A DNA stretch of 63,959 bases, the filler included. It is 5 parts of 5 records of this genome, joined end to end, with 100 filler letters (N's around TTAATTAATTAA, not from the genome) between each part and the next. Parts side by side here need not be neighbours in the genome. Positions count along the whole stretch, not along the records: positions 1 to 29,655 come from SRR20825010_2242; 4 more parts are not named here. The stretch is one strand, 5' to 3'. Of this stretch, positions 9,758 through 20,488 are shown piece after piece. Below the pieces are notes generated by a model. That model was not told the DNA's origin and did not search any database. It saw nothing but the letters and a program-made list of their open reading frames with translations. A program made the position numbers and the translations under genes. Each line of letters opens with the position of its first letter. The first letter of the stretch is position 1.

Positions 9758-9781
9758 GCCTCGGTAATTCCGAGGCTTTTT
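9758..9781 (+). terminator. Intrinsic terminator after the small ORF
   Basis: GCCTCGG-taatt-CCGAGGC followed by TTTTT. Confidence 0.75.
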
Positions 9782-9822
9782 AATGTCTAAACTTTCTTAA
9801 TTTAGGCGTTTAAATATTCACT

Positions 9823-10416
9823 ATGAGGCAACTCTTCATTTCTACCATCTTTCTTTTTATTCTGATTCAAAACGTTTTTGGGCAGGAAAAAGAAAGCCAT
9901 CTATTTCAAGACCCAAGAAGATATATCGATACGGCCGTTACTTACATGAATCAGGAGAAGTATTTAGAAGCCGACAAATACTTTATGGTGGCCTTGGATC
10001 AAATCACTGTACTTTCTTCAGATTTCTGTTATTACTTTGGAAAGAACTCCTTCTACCTCAAATATTATAGCCAAAGTATAGATTGGCTCAGCAAGTACTT
10101 AGAGTTAAAAGGATCTTCAGGACAATATTCTGATGAGGTAATTGCCTTGTTGGATAAATCCGAAAAGGAATTTAGGACAAATCGGAGTACAGGAGAAACG
10201 GTAGAAACAAATACCAAATTCTTTTACCTGAACACGATTAGTTGTTCTGGGCATGAAAATATCGTTTGCCCCGTTTGTAAAGGCGATGACATCATTAGCT
10301 CAAGGGATAGAATAGGTGAAACTATTTACAGAAAATGCCCCTATTCGACAAATGGTGTATTGACTTGCGAAGAGTTTAATTTATTACTTCAAGGTAAATT
10401 AAAGACAAAAAATTAG
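9823..10416 (+). CDS. Exported TPR-like protein with Cys-rich C-terminus
   Basis: Signal peptide, helical repeats (YLEADKYF, YSQSIDWLSKYLEL), C-terminal CPVCKG...KCPY...LTC. Confidence 0.75.
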   Translation: MRQLFISTIFLFILIQNVFGQEKESHLFQDPRRYIDTAVTYMNQEKYLEADKYFMVALDQITVLSSDFCYYFGKNSFYLKYYSQSIDWLSKYLELKGSSGQYSDEVIALLDKSEKEFRTNRSTGETVETNTKFFYLNTISCSGHENIVCPVCKGDDIISSRDRIGETIYRKCPYSTNGVLTCEEFNLLLQGKLKTKN

Positions 10417-10429
10417 TTAGCGTAAATGG

Positions 10430-11296
10430 CTAAAGCCTCTCAACAACCCACTGAATTAAGTCATTCACTGTTTTCTCTGCGTTGGGTGAAAACTGCTTAT
10501 TCGGTCTATTCGCAATTAGCGCATTAAAGCTAATCATGTCATGGCCCAACATTTTAGCCATGGCATAATAGCCTGCCGTTTCCATCTCAAAATTGGTGAT
10601 TTGCCCAAAAGAGGTGTTGATTTTTGAAAGTCTATCGAGATAGTCTGGAAGAAATGGTCTAAGCCTGATCTCCCTGCCCTGAGGAGCATAGAAACCTGGA
10701 GCGGTCACAGTTACTCCACTGTACATTTGAGCCCCTTGAAACTCTTTCAGTAACAAAGGAGAAGCTTCTGATAAATATGGCCTAATGGCTAAGCCCAATG
10801 TTCTTTGCACTTTGTTGCCAACTACTTGTCCCTCTTCTGATTCTACCCAAGGATAAAAAGACATCAGAGAATCCATTCCCAAAGCTGCCTTTGATACTAA
10901 AAATGAGTCTAGTGGAATATCGGGTTGCATACAGCCTGAAGTTCCTATTCTGATGATTTTTAGGTTTTTAAGCTTATTTTTAACCTGCCGTTTATTCAAA
11001 TCTACATTGACCAATGCATCCAGCTCGGTCATGAGGATTTCAACATTATCGGTTCCCATTCCTGAGCTGATCACAGAAATTCTTTTTCCATTTAACTCGC
11101 CTGTATGTGTAACGAGTTCTCGGTTCGTAACTTGAAAGTCTATTCGATCAAAATACTTGCTGATTTTGGCAACTCTGGCTGGATCTCCCACCACAATCAC
11201 CGTATCTGCTACCATTTCGGGCTGCAAGCCCAAATGATAAATTGCGCCTTCGTCTGTTAAAATCAGCTCTGATTCCGGGATTCTCCTTTTCTCCAC
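10430..11296 (-). CDS. Nucleoside phosphorylase (uridine phosphorylase-like)
   Basis: IYHL, VGDPARV, SSGMG, IIRIGTSG, GFYAPQGR, NFEMET. Confidence 0.92.
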   Translation of the reverse strand: MEKRRIPESELILTDEGAIYHLGLQPEMVADTVIVVGDPARVAKISKYFDRIDFQVTNRELVTHTGELNGKRISVISSGMGTDNVEILMTELDALVNVDLNKRQVKNKLKNLKIIRIGTSGCMQPDIPLDSFLVSKAALGMDSLMSFYPWVESEEGQVVGNKVQRTLGLAIRPYLSEASPLLLKEFQGAQMYSGVTVTAPGFYAPQGREIRLRPFLPDYLDRLSKINTSFGQITNFEMETAGYYAMAKMLGHDMISFNALIANRPNKQFSPNAEKTVNDLIQWVVERL

Positions 11297-11297
11297 G

Positions 11298-12263
11298 TTA
11301 ATCTAGTTTAGCCGGCTCTCTCTTCACCCCTTTCAAAGGATTGTAATGGTTGGTGTTCTTTTGATAATAACCCGTTCCATCATAAGGTCTTCTTTCTGGG
11401 TTTTCGCGACACTCATCTGAACAGCATCCGTCCATTAACCAACCAGCTTCTTCCGACATTGGGATATGCGCGTTACAAGTTGGGTTGGCACAGTTCACCA
11501 TTCTATCTGTCAGCACTCCCGTAACATGGCATTTTGAAATAATGGATGGGTTAACCCCGTTAACATCTGCCGTAATACGGTTATCAAAAACATAACACTT
11601 TCCTTCAAAATCTTCACCACCAGCTTCAATTCCATATTTGATAATTCCACCATGAAGTTGGTAAACGTTTTCAAACCCTTGCTCTAACAGGTAGGCACTG
11701 GCTTTTTCGCATTTAATACCTCCTGTACAATAGGTGATCACTTTCTTGTTCCTCAAGCCTTCTATCTCTTTCACCTTTTCAGGAAAATCTCTAAAATTTT
11801 CGATATCCAATGTAAGTGCATTTTTGAATCTCCCAACGCTGTGTTCATAATCACTACGAACGTCCAATATCACAGTATCTTCAGGCTGGTTTTTAAGAAT
11901 TTCTTTGAATTCTTTTGGCTCTACATAGGTACCCGTTCTCTCACGTGGGTTGATGTGCCTTAAGCTAGAATGTACTATTTCTGGCTTCACTCTGACATGT
12001 AGCTTAGCAAAAGCCATTTTATCATGGTCCTCTACTTTAAATTCAGTATCAGCAAAGCGAGCGTCTGATCGTACATACTCCATATACTTTTCACAATCCT
12101 CTTTCAGCCCTGAAACAGTACCGTTTAGGCCTTCTGGCGAAATTATAATTCGGCCACGCAAATTGTTTTCAACACAAAATAAGTGGTGTTCCTCTCTGTA
12201 TGCCTCGTAATCCTGGATGTCGGCATAGCAGTAATACAGTAAAATTGAATATTGCTTTTCCAT
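11298..12263 (-). CDS. trhO: tRNA uridine(34) hydroxylase, rhodanese family
   Basis: LRGRIIISPEGLNGT, LDVRSDYE, YCTGGIKCEK, LHGGIIKY, CYVFDNR and a Cys-rich C-terminal domain. Confidence 0.88.
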   Translation of the reverse strand: MEKQYSILLYYCYADIQDYEAYREEHHLFCVENNLRGRIIISPEGLNGTVSGLKEDCEKYMEYVRSDARFADTEFKVEDHDKMAFAKLHVRVKPEIVHSSLRHINPRERTGTYVEPKEFKEILKNQPEDTVILDVRSDYEHSVGRFKNALTLDIENFRDFPEKVKEIEGLRNKKVITYCTGGIKCEKASAYLLEQGFENVYQLHGGIIKYGIEAGGEDFEGKCYVFDNRITADVNGVNPSIISKCHVTGVLTDRMVNCANPTCNAHIPMSEEAGWLMDGCCSDECRENPERRPYDGTGYYQKNTNHYNPLKGVKREPAKLD

Positions 12264-12313
12264 GGTTCGTGCCCTATTTCAAGTAGGGTGAATTAATAAT
12301 AAAAACTTATAAT

Positions 12314-12946
12314 TTAAACCTCTTTCGCTGGGTTTCCGAAAACCGTAGCATTGGCTTTTACTTCTGCTATTACCACAGAACCTGCTCCAATTCTTGCACC
12401 CCTCTCTACTTTAATACCTGAAACAATCGTAACTCCAGAGCCAATGAACACATTGTCTCCAATTTCTACCTCGTTTCCGATTACACTACCAGCACCCACT
12501 TGAACCAGATCGCCTAGTGTAGCACTGAAATCTATGGTTGAATTAGTGTTAAGCAAACAGTGGTTGCCAATTTTAGCGTTGGAACCTATTACCACTCCGT
12601 TATTCACAAAATTGCCATGACCGATGTGTGCCGAAGTAGCAATTTCTGCATTACTGTGAATGGCGTTTACTGGCATTTTCTTTCTTCGCTCTACCATCAG
12701 TTTCACTAAACCTTTTCTAAGGTCTCGATCATCTACTGCAATAAAGCCTTCGCATTTTTTACCAATCAGTTTCAAAAAGCCATCGTCATCGGTTTTCCCT
12801 AAAACGGAAACTCCGCTCAATTCCTGACCATGTTTGGACGCATCGTCATCCAAAAAACCGTACACTACAACGCTGTTACTCTCAAATATTTCGAGAGCAG
12901 CTTTGCCCATTTCATTCGCTCCAAATATGATTACTGGATTCTCCAT
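12314..12946 (-). CDS. NeuD/PglD-family hexapeptide acetyltransferase
   Basis: IIFGA N-terminal domain, GFLDDD, hexapeptide repeats, IGAGSVV, GNPAK. Confidence 0.88.
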   Translation of the reverse strand: MENPVIIFGANEMGKAALEIFESNSVVVYGFLDDDASKHGQELSGVSVLGKTDDDGFLKLIGKKCEGFIAVDDRDLRKGLVKLMVERRKKMPVNAIHSNAEIATSAHIGHGNFVNNGVVIGSNAKIGNHCLLNTNSTIDFSATLGDLVQVGAGSVIGNEVEIGDNVFIGSGVTIVSGIKVERGARIGAGSVVIAEVKANATVFGNPAKEV

Positions 12947-13002
12947 AACTCCCTTCTTTTTCGGGCGGCAATTTAACTTTTTTTGAGCGGAATTCTATTA
13001 AA

Positions 13003-14289
13003 CTAAACCGTAGGATTACGGACCAAGGATATACCGATATTGCATTCTATGCATTTCTTTGGCAGGCAATAAGCGTTATGGAGTTGGATTAATCCTTGGC
13101 TATCGAAAGCGGAAGACACGTTCCAGCCCAAGGTTTTCCATAATTCTGTGATATGATTACTTTCCGCTTTCATTGACGAGAGCAGGTTCAAAGCTTTGTC
13201 TAAATAGGTGTTATCGTCTTTGTATTTTGCCAATGCGGCTAGGAATGGAATTGCAGTATTAACTATGATGTTCTCCTTAGATTTCTTGGTCAATCCACCC
13301 AAACGCTTGCTAGACTTCTTGTCTATAGCATAATGAGTACACCAGTAATCCGATTGTAGAACGTCTAGTTTATCAATCGCCTCTTTTCGGTTTTCTATCT
13401 CAGAAAAGAAGGTGAAAATATGCGGGTAAGTAATAACCAATGCAGCCAATTGAGCAATTCGTATGGTCGGATAATTGGCTGGCCTTACTTTTGAGAAGTG
13501 CCATTCATTGTACCCTACTTTCGACTTTAAACCATACTTTGCTTTCAAGAATCGATACTCTTTCTGAAGCTGGTAAGCATATTCGTCCGCCACATCGACA
13601 TCTAAAAAGCCAGCCTGTCCAAAAAGCAAGGATTCAATCTGAAAAAGCTGGTTCGAATGTTTTGTGAGTACTTTTAATGGAACACTTTGCGCCAAACGCA
13701 ACATATTGGTCGCGTTCGTTTTAAAGCCAAAACCTTTGGCCAGCCAGTGGTAAGCCGACTCTTCCCAATCCTGAGAATTATCATCAAGAATAGAATTGAA
13801 GTTTTCCGCTTTCTCCTCCACTCTTTCAACCAACACCTTTTCTAACATTGAAAGTCTGGTAATGGATTTGGTATTATTCAGGTGTTTGAAACATGGAATT
13901 GAATCTTCATTATTGATCAAGCCTTGATAGCGTTCTAACACCATGGGCTTCACCAAGCCTTTTAATTCTAATGTAGGAATTACATTATCTTCACTGTTAA
14001 ACACCTGTTTATCATTTTCCCAAACTACATGAAGTACCACATTATCATAGTTAATGTCATCCTGATGTTTGTGCGCATACCAATCGGAAGCTTTTACATG
14101 AATTTCGACTGAGCCATGCCATTGAATCCCGTCAATATCGACCTGTGCTTCTTTGAAGTCAGGACCAGCCAAATGATTAAGATGACCCGTTTTTATAATA
14201 CTCAATCGGTCACCAGAAACTAGCTCTAGGGTAGAAGTATTAAAGTATTGATATCGCCAAACGAAATGTAGAAAGGATTCTGGTAACAT
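13003..14289 (-). CDS. DUF2851 family protein
   Basis: ESFLHFVW, GPDF, GSVEIH, WYAHKHQDD.NYDNVVLHVVW, RPANYPTIR, C-terminal YC..KKC..C.IG. Confidence 0.85.
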   Translation of the reverse strand: MLPESFLHFVWRYQYFNTSTLELVSGDRLSIIKTGHLNHLAGPDFKEAQVDIDGIQWHGSVEIHVKASDWYAHKHQDDINYDNVVLHVVWENDKQVFNSEDNVIPTLELKGLVKPMVLERYQGLINNEDSIPCFKHLNNTKSITRLSMLEKVLVERVEEKAENFNSILDDNSQDWEESAYHWLAKGFGFKTNATNMLRLAQSVPLKVLTKHSNQLFQIESLLFGQAGFLDVDVADEYAYQLQKEYRFLKAKYGLKSKVGYNEWHFSKVRPANYPTIRIAQLAALVITYPHIFTFFSEIENRKEAIDKLDVLQSDYWCTHYAIDKKSSKRLGGLTKKSKENIIVNTAIPFLAALAKYKDDNTYLDKALNLLSSMKAESNHITELWKTLGWNVSSAFDSQGLIQLHNAYCLPKKCIECNIGISLVRNPTV

Positions 14290-14313
14290 TAAAAAGCCTT
14301 TTAGCCTTTTAAA

Positions 14314-15129
14314 TTACAAAAATTCAGCTAAATATTGTTGCATTTCTAACTGTAACTCTTTCGCCTTCTCTCCAGCTACCTCGGCAAAATCTTCTTCTTG
14401 AGAAGCATAAATTATTCCTCTGCTGGAGTTTACTAAAAGGCCACACTGCTTATTCATCCCATATTGGGCTACATCTTTCAAGCTTCCACCTTGAGCACCA
14501 ACGCCTGGCACGAGTAGAAAGTGGTTTGGAACAATCTTACGGATCTTCGTTAGGGCCTCTGCACGAGTAGCGCCTACCACATACATCAGTTGATCTTCAG
14601 TCCCCCACTCTTGGCTCTTTCTAAGTACTTCTTCAAAAAGTTCGCCTCCTTGGGTAAGCTCTAAGTTCTGAAAGTCTTTTCCTCCTGTATTAGAAGTAAG
14701 CGCTAATAGAATCACCCACTTGTTGTTGAACTCCAAAAAAGGTTTTACGGAATCTTCTCCCATATAAGGGGCTACCGTAATTGCATCGCAATCCATATTT
14801 TCAAAGAAGGCTTTGGCATACATTTTTGAAGTATTGCCAATATCTCCTCGCTTGGCATCGGCCAGAATGAAGATATCTTTTGGGATGTATGCGATGGTTT
14901 TTTCTAAGCTTTGCCACCCCTTAACACCGTAAGCTTCATAAAAAGCAGTATTCGGTTTATAGGCCACAGCGTATTTGGCAGTAGCATCGATAATCTGCTT
15001 ATTAAACTCAAAAATCGGGTCTTCGGTATCGAGTAAATGCTTGGGGATTTTATTCAGGTCGGTATCTAAACCAACACACAAAAAGGAATCCTTTGTCTGA
15101 ATTTGGCCGAAAAGCTCTGCTCTGGTCAT
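14314..15129 (-). CDS. pyrF: Orotidine-5'-phosphate decarboxylase
   Basis: [45 protein letters not shown]. Confidence 0.96.
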   Translation of the reverse strand: MTRAELFGQIQTKDSFLCVGLDTDLNKIPKHLLDTEDPIFEFNKQIIDATAKYAVAYKPNTAFYEAYGVKGWQSLEKTIAYIPKDIFILADAKRGDIGNTSKMYAKAFFENMDCDAITVAPYMGEDSVKPFLEFNNKWVILLALTSNTGGKDFQNLELTQGGELFEEVLRKSQEWGTEDQLMYVVGATRAEALTKIRKIVPNHFLLVPGVGAQGGSLKDVAQYGMNKQCGLLVNSSRGIIYASQEEDFAEVAGEKAKELQLEMQQYLAEFL

Positions 15130-15768
15130 CTAATTCCTGTAGTCTTCGGTGTGTTGCACCGGGTTTTTCTTTGAGTCAAACTCGAAAAATCCAGCAGCGT
15201 AAGTCTGATTTGGCTTAAAGTTGGCTACTTCAAAGGCAGTTTTAATACCATCATAGTCAATCAAATCCCAAGCTTTAAGATAGCTGGTCTTTTTATCTAT
15301 ATACATGATGATATTCGTGAAATCACTGTCTTCATCTGTAGAAACCAATTCAATTACATCTACTAATGAGCCTCCCATGTTTTCGGAACGCTTGTAAGTG
15401 TAAGTAAAACCCTTTTTATAAATATCGTAAATATTGGTAGGGTTAATAAAGGTTTCTTCTGGTTCAAAATTGGTAATGGTTAGCTCTTGTGCCTCAACCA
15501 AATAAGTCCAAAGTACGGGGCCGTTGCAATAAATATGTTGATCCCTAAACTTAATCATAAACTTCTCTTTTGAAACTGCAGCAGTACCAGAAAACCTATC
15601 TAGCACCTCCGCCTCACTCATTACTTTCTGAATAAACTCTATTTCAAAACCAGGCATGGCTTTGTAGGTTGCACTCATTTTATCTAAAACGGCCTTTGGA
15701 TCCTGCGCCACCATCAGCGTACTGCTGAACATCATCATCACTATCAAAAATCCTAGTATTCTTCTCAT
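15130..15768 (-). CDS. lolA: Outer-membrane lipoprotein carrier LolA-like protein
   Basis: Signal peptide, beta-rich fold with NG..LWTY and INPT motifs; directly downstream of ftsK, a conserved synteny. Confidence 0.8.
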   Translation of the reverse strand: MRRILGFLIVMMMFSSTLMVAQDPKAVLDKMSATYKAMPGFEIEFIQKVMSEAEVLDRFSGTAAVSKEKFMIKFRDQHIYCNGPVLWTYLVEAQELTITNFEPEETFINPTNIYDIYKKGFTYTYKRSENMGGSLVDVIELVSTDEDSDFTNIIMYIDKKTSYLKAWDLIDYDGIKTAFEVANFKPNQTYAAGFFEFDSKKNPVQHTEDYRN

Positions 15769-15787
15769 CGTATCTTATTCTAAGGAA

Positions 15788-18301
15788 TTAGTTATTGTCC
15801 AAGCTATTCAATAACTGTTCCAAACTATGTTCGTCTGAAATTAAAACTTCTCTTGCTTTACTGCCTTCAAAAGAGCCCACAATTCCGGCTGCTTCTAGCT
15901 GGTCAATAATTCTTCCTGCCCTATTGTACCCCAGTTTCAACTTGCGCTGAATCAGAGAAGTACTCCCCTGCTGATGAGATACAATTAGTCGAGCCGCATC
16001 ATTGAACATCGCGTCACGATCTGATAAATCGACCGTACTGGAACTACTATCACCATCATCTCCCGTAAATTCTGGTAGTAAATAAGCAGATGAGTAGCCT
16101 TGCTGACCCCCAATGAAGTCACAAATGTCGTCTACTTCTGGCGTATCTACAAATGCACACTGAATTCTAGTGATTTCAGAGCCCATGGAAAGCAACATAT
16201 CCCCCTGACCAATCAATTGATCGGCACCACCAGTATCGAGAATGGTTCGAGAATCTATTTTTGAGGTCACTCTAAATGAAAGTCTCGCAGGGAAGTTTGC
16301 CTTGATAATACCCGTAATTACGTTTACTGATGGCCGCTGAGTGGCCACTACCAAGTGAATCCCAATGGCCCTGGCCAACTGTGCTAAACGCGCAATAGGA
16401 GTTTCCACCTCTTTCCCAGCTGTCATCATCAAATCCGCCAACTCATCTATAACAAGTACAATGTACGGCAAGTAACGATGTCCTTTTTCTGGATTTAGCC
16501 TTCGGTCTACAAACTTCTGGTTGTATTCCTTTATGTTCCGACAAGCGGCATCTTTTAGTAAATCATAACGCTGATCCATTTCAATACACAAAGAATTAAG
16601 TGTATTGATTACTTTTTTAGTATCGGTAATAATGGCTTCCTCACCATCTGGCAGCATGGCCAAAAAGTGTCTTTCAATTTTATTGTAAATGGTAAGCTCC
16701 ACTTTCTTCGGATCCACCAAAACAAACTTGAGCTGAGAAGGGTGTTTCTTATACAGTAAGCTGGTTAGAATGGCGTTCAAACCAACGGATTTACCTTGTC
16801 CAGTTGCTCCAGCCATTAACAAGTGAGGCATTTTAGCCAAATCCGTTACAAAAACTTCGTTCGAAATGGTTTTTCCTAAAACAATAGGAAGTGCCTTATC
16901 ACTGTTCATGAACTTATCTGTTGCGATTACAGATCGCATAGAAACCATCTCTTTATTCTTGTTCGGTACCTCAATACCAATAGTTCCTTTGCCTGGAATT
17001 GGTGCGATAATACGAATCCCCAAAGCAGCCAAACTCAAGGCGATATCATCCTCAAGATTTTTAATTTTAGAAATCTTAACCCCAGCTTCTGGAATGATTT
17101 CATAGAGCGTTACCGTTGGGCCAATGGTAGCCTTAATGCTTGAAATTCCAATTTTAAAATTGGTAAGGGTTTCAACAATCCTATCCTTATTGGCTTGTAA
17201 TTCTTCTTTTGTTACCTGAATTTTTGCTGGGCCATATTCCTTCAATAAGTCAATGGTGGGGTATTTATATTTGGCCAAATCAAGCGTTGGGTCATAGTTT
17301 CCAGCCTTTTCAACCAGTTCTTCAGATGACTGATTGATTTCTACTTCAAACGAAAGTTCATCTTTCTTTTCTACCGGTGCTATTGGCTTGTTTTCTACAA
17401 AAGTTTTTTCAACGATTAACTCTTCAGGCTCCTCCTCTTTTTCACTTGATAACTCTAGTTCTATGGAGTTATCCTCTGAGGCCTTTTTTTCTTCCCCTTT
17501 CAATTCAACTACCCAATCCTCAAGATCGGCCTCGCTAGATAGCTCAAGGTCGTCCTCGTCTAAATCTTCTCCTAAACTCTCCGCTTTTATGGTCTCTCTT
17601 GTTTCAGTAACAATAGTTTCCTTCCCTTCATCATCGTTACCCAAATCAGACAAAGTACTTTTAGTTAAGAAAATTTGCTTGATATCGAAGAAAAAAATAA
17701 CGAAAACCAGAAAAGTAAACACTAACAACAGCAGTGTTCCAAAGCCCATCAGGTTGTCAAATATAACAGCAAGTTCATAGCCTAAACCTCCACTGTAGAA
17801 GCTCCATTCGGATACTCCAGAACCACCTTTGATCATGGAGCCCATCAGTAGACTGATCCACAAAAGGAAGAATACGACAAAGATGAACGCGCGTTGAATA
17901 TTGACGAGGGCTTTTCCAAATACGATTTTATAACCTCCAACAAATAAGAATGGAGGAATCAGGAAGGCCGCAATCCCAAACCATTTAAAAATAAGGAAAT
18001 GTGAAGCATATGCACCCCATAGCTTCATCCAGTTAGCAGCTTCTCTACCAGAAGCAATCATTCCAGTTTCACCTATGGACTCTATCACGCTTTGATCGGC
18101 CTTACCCGTGAACAAGTAGCTAACACAAGCCACAAAAATAAAGACTGCGGAAAGCAGCAAAAACAAACCTACTGTGAGCTGAACCCTACGGTCTTTCAAG
18201 AAATCCAACCGTAGTTTCCCCTTGAGGCTAAATCCTTTGGATTCCTTCTTTTCTTGTTTGGTGTTTTTAAATGTATTGGACTTGTAGGTGTTTTTGGCCA
18301 T
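15788..18301 (-). CDS. ftsK: DNA translocase FtsK
   Basis: 4-TM N-terminus, acidic linker, GPTVTLYE, Walker A GATGQGKS, DELADLMM, gamma domain LGYNRAGRIIDQLE. Confidence 0.97.
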   Translation of the reverse strand: MAKNTYKSNTFKNTKQEKKESKGFSLKGKLRLDFLKDRRVQLTVGLFLLLSAVFIFVACVSYLFTGKADQSVIESIGETGMIASGREAANWMKLWGAYASHFLIFKWFGIAAFLIPPFLFVGGYKIVFGKALVNIQRAFIFVVFFLLWISLLMGSMIKGGSGVSEWSFYSGGLGYELAVIFDNLMGFGTLLLLVFTFLVFVIFFFDIKQIFLTKSTLSDLGNDDEGKETIVTETRETIKAESLGEDLDEDDLELSSEADLEDWVVELKGEEKKASEDNSIELELSSEKEEEPEELIVEKTFVENKPIAPVEKKDELSFEVEINQSSEELVEKAGNYDPTLDLAKYKYPTIDLLKEYGPAKIQVTKEELQANKDRIVETLTNFKIGISSIKATIGPTVTLYEIIPEAGVKISKIKNLEDDIALSLAALGIRIIAPIPGKGTIGIEVPNKNKEMVSMRSVIATDKFMNSDKALPIVLGKTISNEVFVTDLAKMPHLLMAGATGQGKSVGLNAILTSLLYKKHPSQLKFVLVDPKKVELTIYNKIERHFLAMLPDGEEAIITDTKKVINTLNSLCIEMDQRYDLLKDAACRNIKEYNQKFVDRRLNPEKGHRYLPYIVLVIDELADLMMTAGKEVETPIARLAQLARAIGIHLVVATQRPSVNVITGIIKANFPARLSFRVTSKIDSRTILDTGGADQLIGQGDMLLSMGSEITRIQCAFVDTPEVDDICDFIGGQQGYSSAYLLPEFTGDDGDSSSSTVDLSDRDAMFNDAARLIVSHQQGSTSLIQRKLKLGYNRAGRIIDQLEAAGIVGSFEGSKAREVLISDEHSLEQLLNSLDNN

Positions 18302-18381
18302 GAAAAAGTACTTCCCTTATAGTTACGAAAATAAATGAATTTTATGAATCCTTTAGACTGATTGACTAAAACATCTCAACA

Positions 18382-19443
18382 TCACTCGCCAAACTTCCAT
18401 TTCAGGATGGCATTGTTAATTTTTTTAATCATTGCAGGGCCTTCATAAATGAATCCGGTATACACCTGAACCAATGTCGCTCCTGCCTTTAACTTTTCAA
18501 TCGCATCTTCGCCAGTATTTATTCCCCCCACTCCAATGATGGGGAAAGAACCTTTAGATTTCTGATAAAGATAACGGATCACTTCAGTAGAACGGTCTCT
18601 TACCGACTTTCCGCTTAATCCGCCTGCACCAATTTTTTCAATTTCGCTTTTTTCAGTCATTAAACCTTCTCTAGCTATGGTAGTATTGGTAGCAATGATG
18701 CCATCAATCTTCGTTTCCTCTACAATTTCGACAATATCATCGAGTTGTCCCGGAGTAAGATCTGGAGCAATTTTGAGCAAAATCGGCTTTCTAATTTGCT
18801 TTATCTTATTAGCCGCTTCCAATGCCATGAGCAACAACTTCAGCGGCTCCTTTTCTTGTAATTCTCTTAAGTTTGGAGTGTTTGGTGAGCTCACATTCAC
18901 TACAAAATAATCTACATGAGGAAAAAGCGTTTCGAAGCTCGATAGATAGTCGTTCACTGCCTCATCATTGGGGGTTACTTTGTTCTTACCAATATTCCCA
19001 CCAATCAGCACATTGGTTTTTTTCCTTTTCAATCGCTCAACTGCCATCTCAACCCCTTGATTATTGAAGCCCATTCGGTTAATCAAACTCTGATCTTTAG
19101 GCAGCCTAAAAAGTCTAGGTTGAGGATTTCCCTCCTGCCCTTTTGGTGTCAATGTCCCTATTTCTATAAAGCCGAAGCCAAAAGCCGAAAGCTCATCAAA
19201 GAGTTTGGCGTCCTTATCGAAACCAGCAGCAAGGCCAACTGGATTTTTGAACTTAAGTCCGAAAGCTTCTACTTCTAACCTACTGTCTTTAAAGTCGTAG
19301 AGTGATTTAACGATAGAAGCTACGCCAGGGATTTTAAAAAGACGCTTAAGCCACCCAAAAGTGAAATGATGCGCATTTTCTGCTGATTTAGCAAAAAGGA
19401 ATGGACGAATAACTGATTTATACAAAGCTGAAAATTTTATCAA
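18382..19443 (-). CDS. pyrD: Quinone-dependent dihydroorotate dehydrogenase (start may be TTG 19425)
   Basis: [42 protein letters not shown]. Confidence 0.96.
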   Translation of the reverse strand: MIKFSALYKSVIRPFLFAKSAENAHHFTFGWLKRLFKIPGVASIVKSLYDFKDSRLEVEAFGLKFKNPVGLAAGFDKDAKLFDELSAFGFGFIEIGTLTPKGQEGNPQPRLFRLPKDQSLINRMGFNNQGVEMAVERLKRKKTNVLIGGNIGKNKVTPNDEAVNDYLSSFETLFPHVDYFVVNVSSPNTPNLRELQEKEPLKLLLMALEAANKIKQIRKPILLKIAPDLTPGQLDDIVEIVEETKIDGIIATNTTIAREGLMTEKSEIEKIGAGGLSGKSVRDRSTEVIRYLYQKSKGSFPIIGVGGINTGEDAIEKLKAGATLVQVYTGFIYEGPAMIKKINNAILKWKFGE

Positions 19444-19588
19444 AAGTACGGCTTCATAGGGAACGATAAAAAGGAATTAAGATTTTAGCCAAATTAACTT
19501 TACTATCAGTGTTATCACTTGTTTTCCAATCTCATTTTTTGGAAGATTATGTAAGAATTGATTAATCGTTGCTCCAAATCCAAAAACC

Positions 19589-20446
19589 ATGTATAGCAGA
19601 ATTCTTGTTCCCATAGATTTTACAGAAAAATCACACCGGGCTTTGGAAGTTGCCTGCCAAATTGCAAAAAAACTGAATAGTGAAGTGTACATGATGCACA
19701 TTGTAAAGGCTGCACTCTCGGTCTATTTAGATGAATTGGGTGAATACAAAAGTAAAACCCCCACTGGGCAACAGTTTTTAGATGATATTCTGTCCCTTAA
19801 TGAAGAGAAGATGAAGCGGCTCATTCAAAAATATGAAGACCGCGGAATCACTATTCACTCTAAACTAAAGGTACATGACACCCCAAATGAAATCGCTAAG
19901 CTGGTGGCAGAAGAAGCTTTCGACTTAACTATTGTTGGCAATTACGAGCATGAACGGTTTGATGAAGTCTTTAAAAGAACACATCCAGAAAAAATTGCAG
20001 CCCTGGCCAAAAACCCGGTACTGACCATTAATAATGTACTGGAACGTTTTGAGATCAAACGAATTCTAATTCCTACCAACTTGACGGATGATTATTCGCC
20101 AGCAATGCCCGATTTGATGAAGTTTACAGAATCATTTAATGCAGAACTCATATTTGTTTATATCAATACACAGGCCCATTTTAAAACGACACTACAGATC
20201 AACAAACTGAGAGTTGAATTCTTAGAGAAACACGGATTAGTCAATCATTCTATAGAAGTATTCAATGCAAAGTCGATAAATAGAGGTATTTTGTATGCGG
20301 CCGATTTCTTTAAAAGCGATATGATTGCCTTTTTTTCTTACCATAGAGAAAACATAAAAACATTATTGATGGGAAACATTACTGAATACCTGATCACTAA
20401 ATCTAACATCCCTATTCTTACTTTAAACCTCAGTAAAACGGAATAA
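19589..20446 (+). CDS. Tandem-domain universal stress protein
   Basis: RILVPIDFTEKS and a second KRILIPT repeat, LMGNITEYL, PILTL. Confidence 0.88.
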   Translation: MYSRILVPIDFTEKSHRALEVACQIAKKLNSEVYMMHIVKAALSVYLDELGEYKSKTPTGQQFLDDILSLNEEKMKRLIQKYEDRGITIHSKLKVHDTPNEIAKLVAEEAFDLTIVGNYEHERFDEVFKRTHPEKIAALAKNPVLTINNVLERFEIKRILIPTNLTDDYSPAMPDLMKFTESFNAELIFVYINTQAHFKTTLQINKLRVEFLEKHGLVNHSIEVFNAKSINRGILYAADFFKSDMIAFFSYHRENIKTLLMGNITEYLITKSNIPILTLNLSKTE

Positions 20447-20488
20447 AACGTATCTAACTCTCTTTTTCAGCTTACCACAGATTATAAA

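Noticed and set aside
12314-12946. Acetyltransferase as a sign of a polysaccharide locus
   Set aside because: No sugar synthesis or transfer genes nearby; it is flanked by housekeeping genes.
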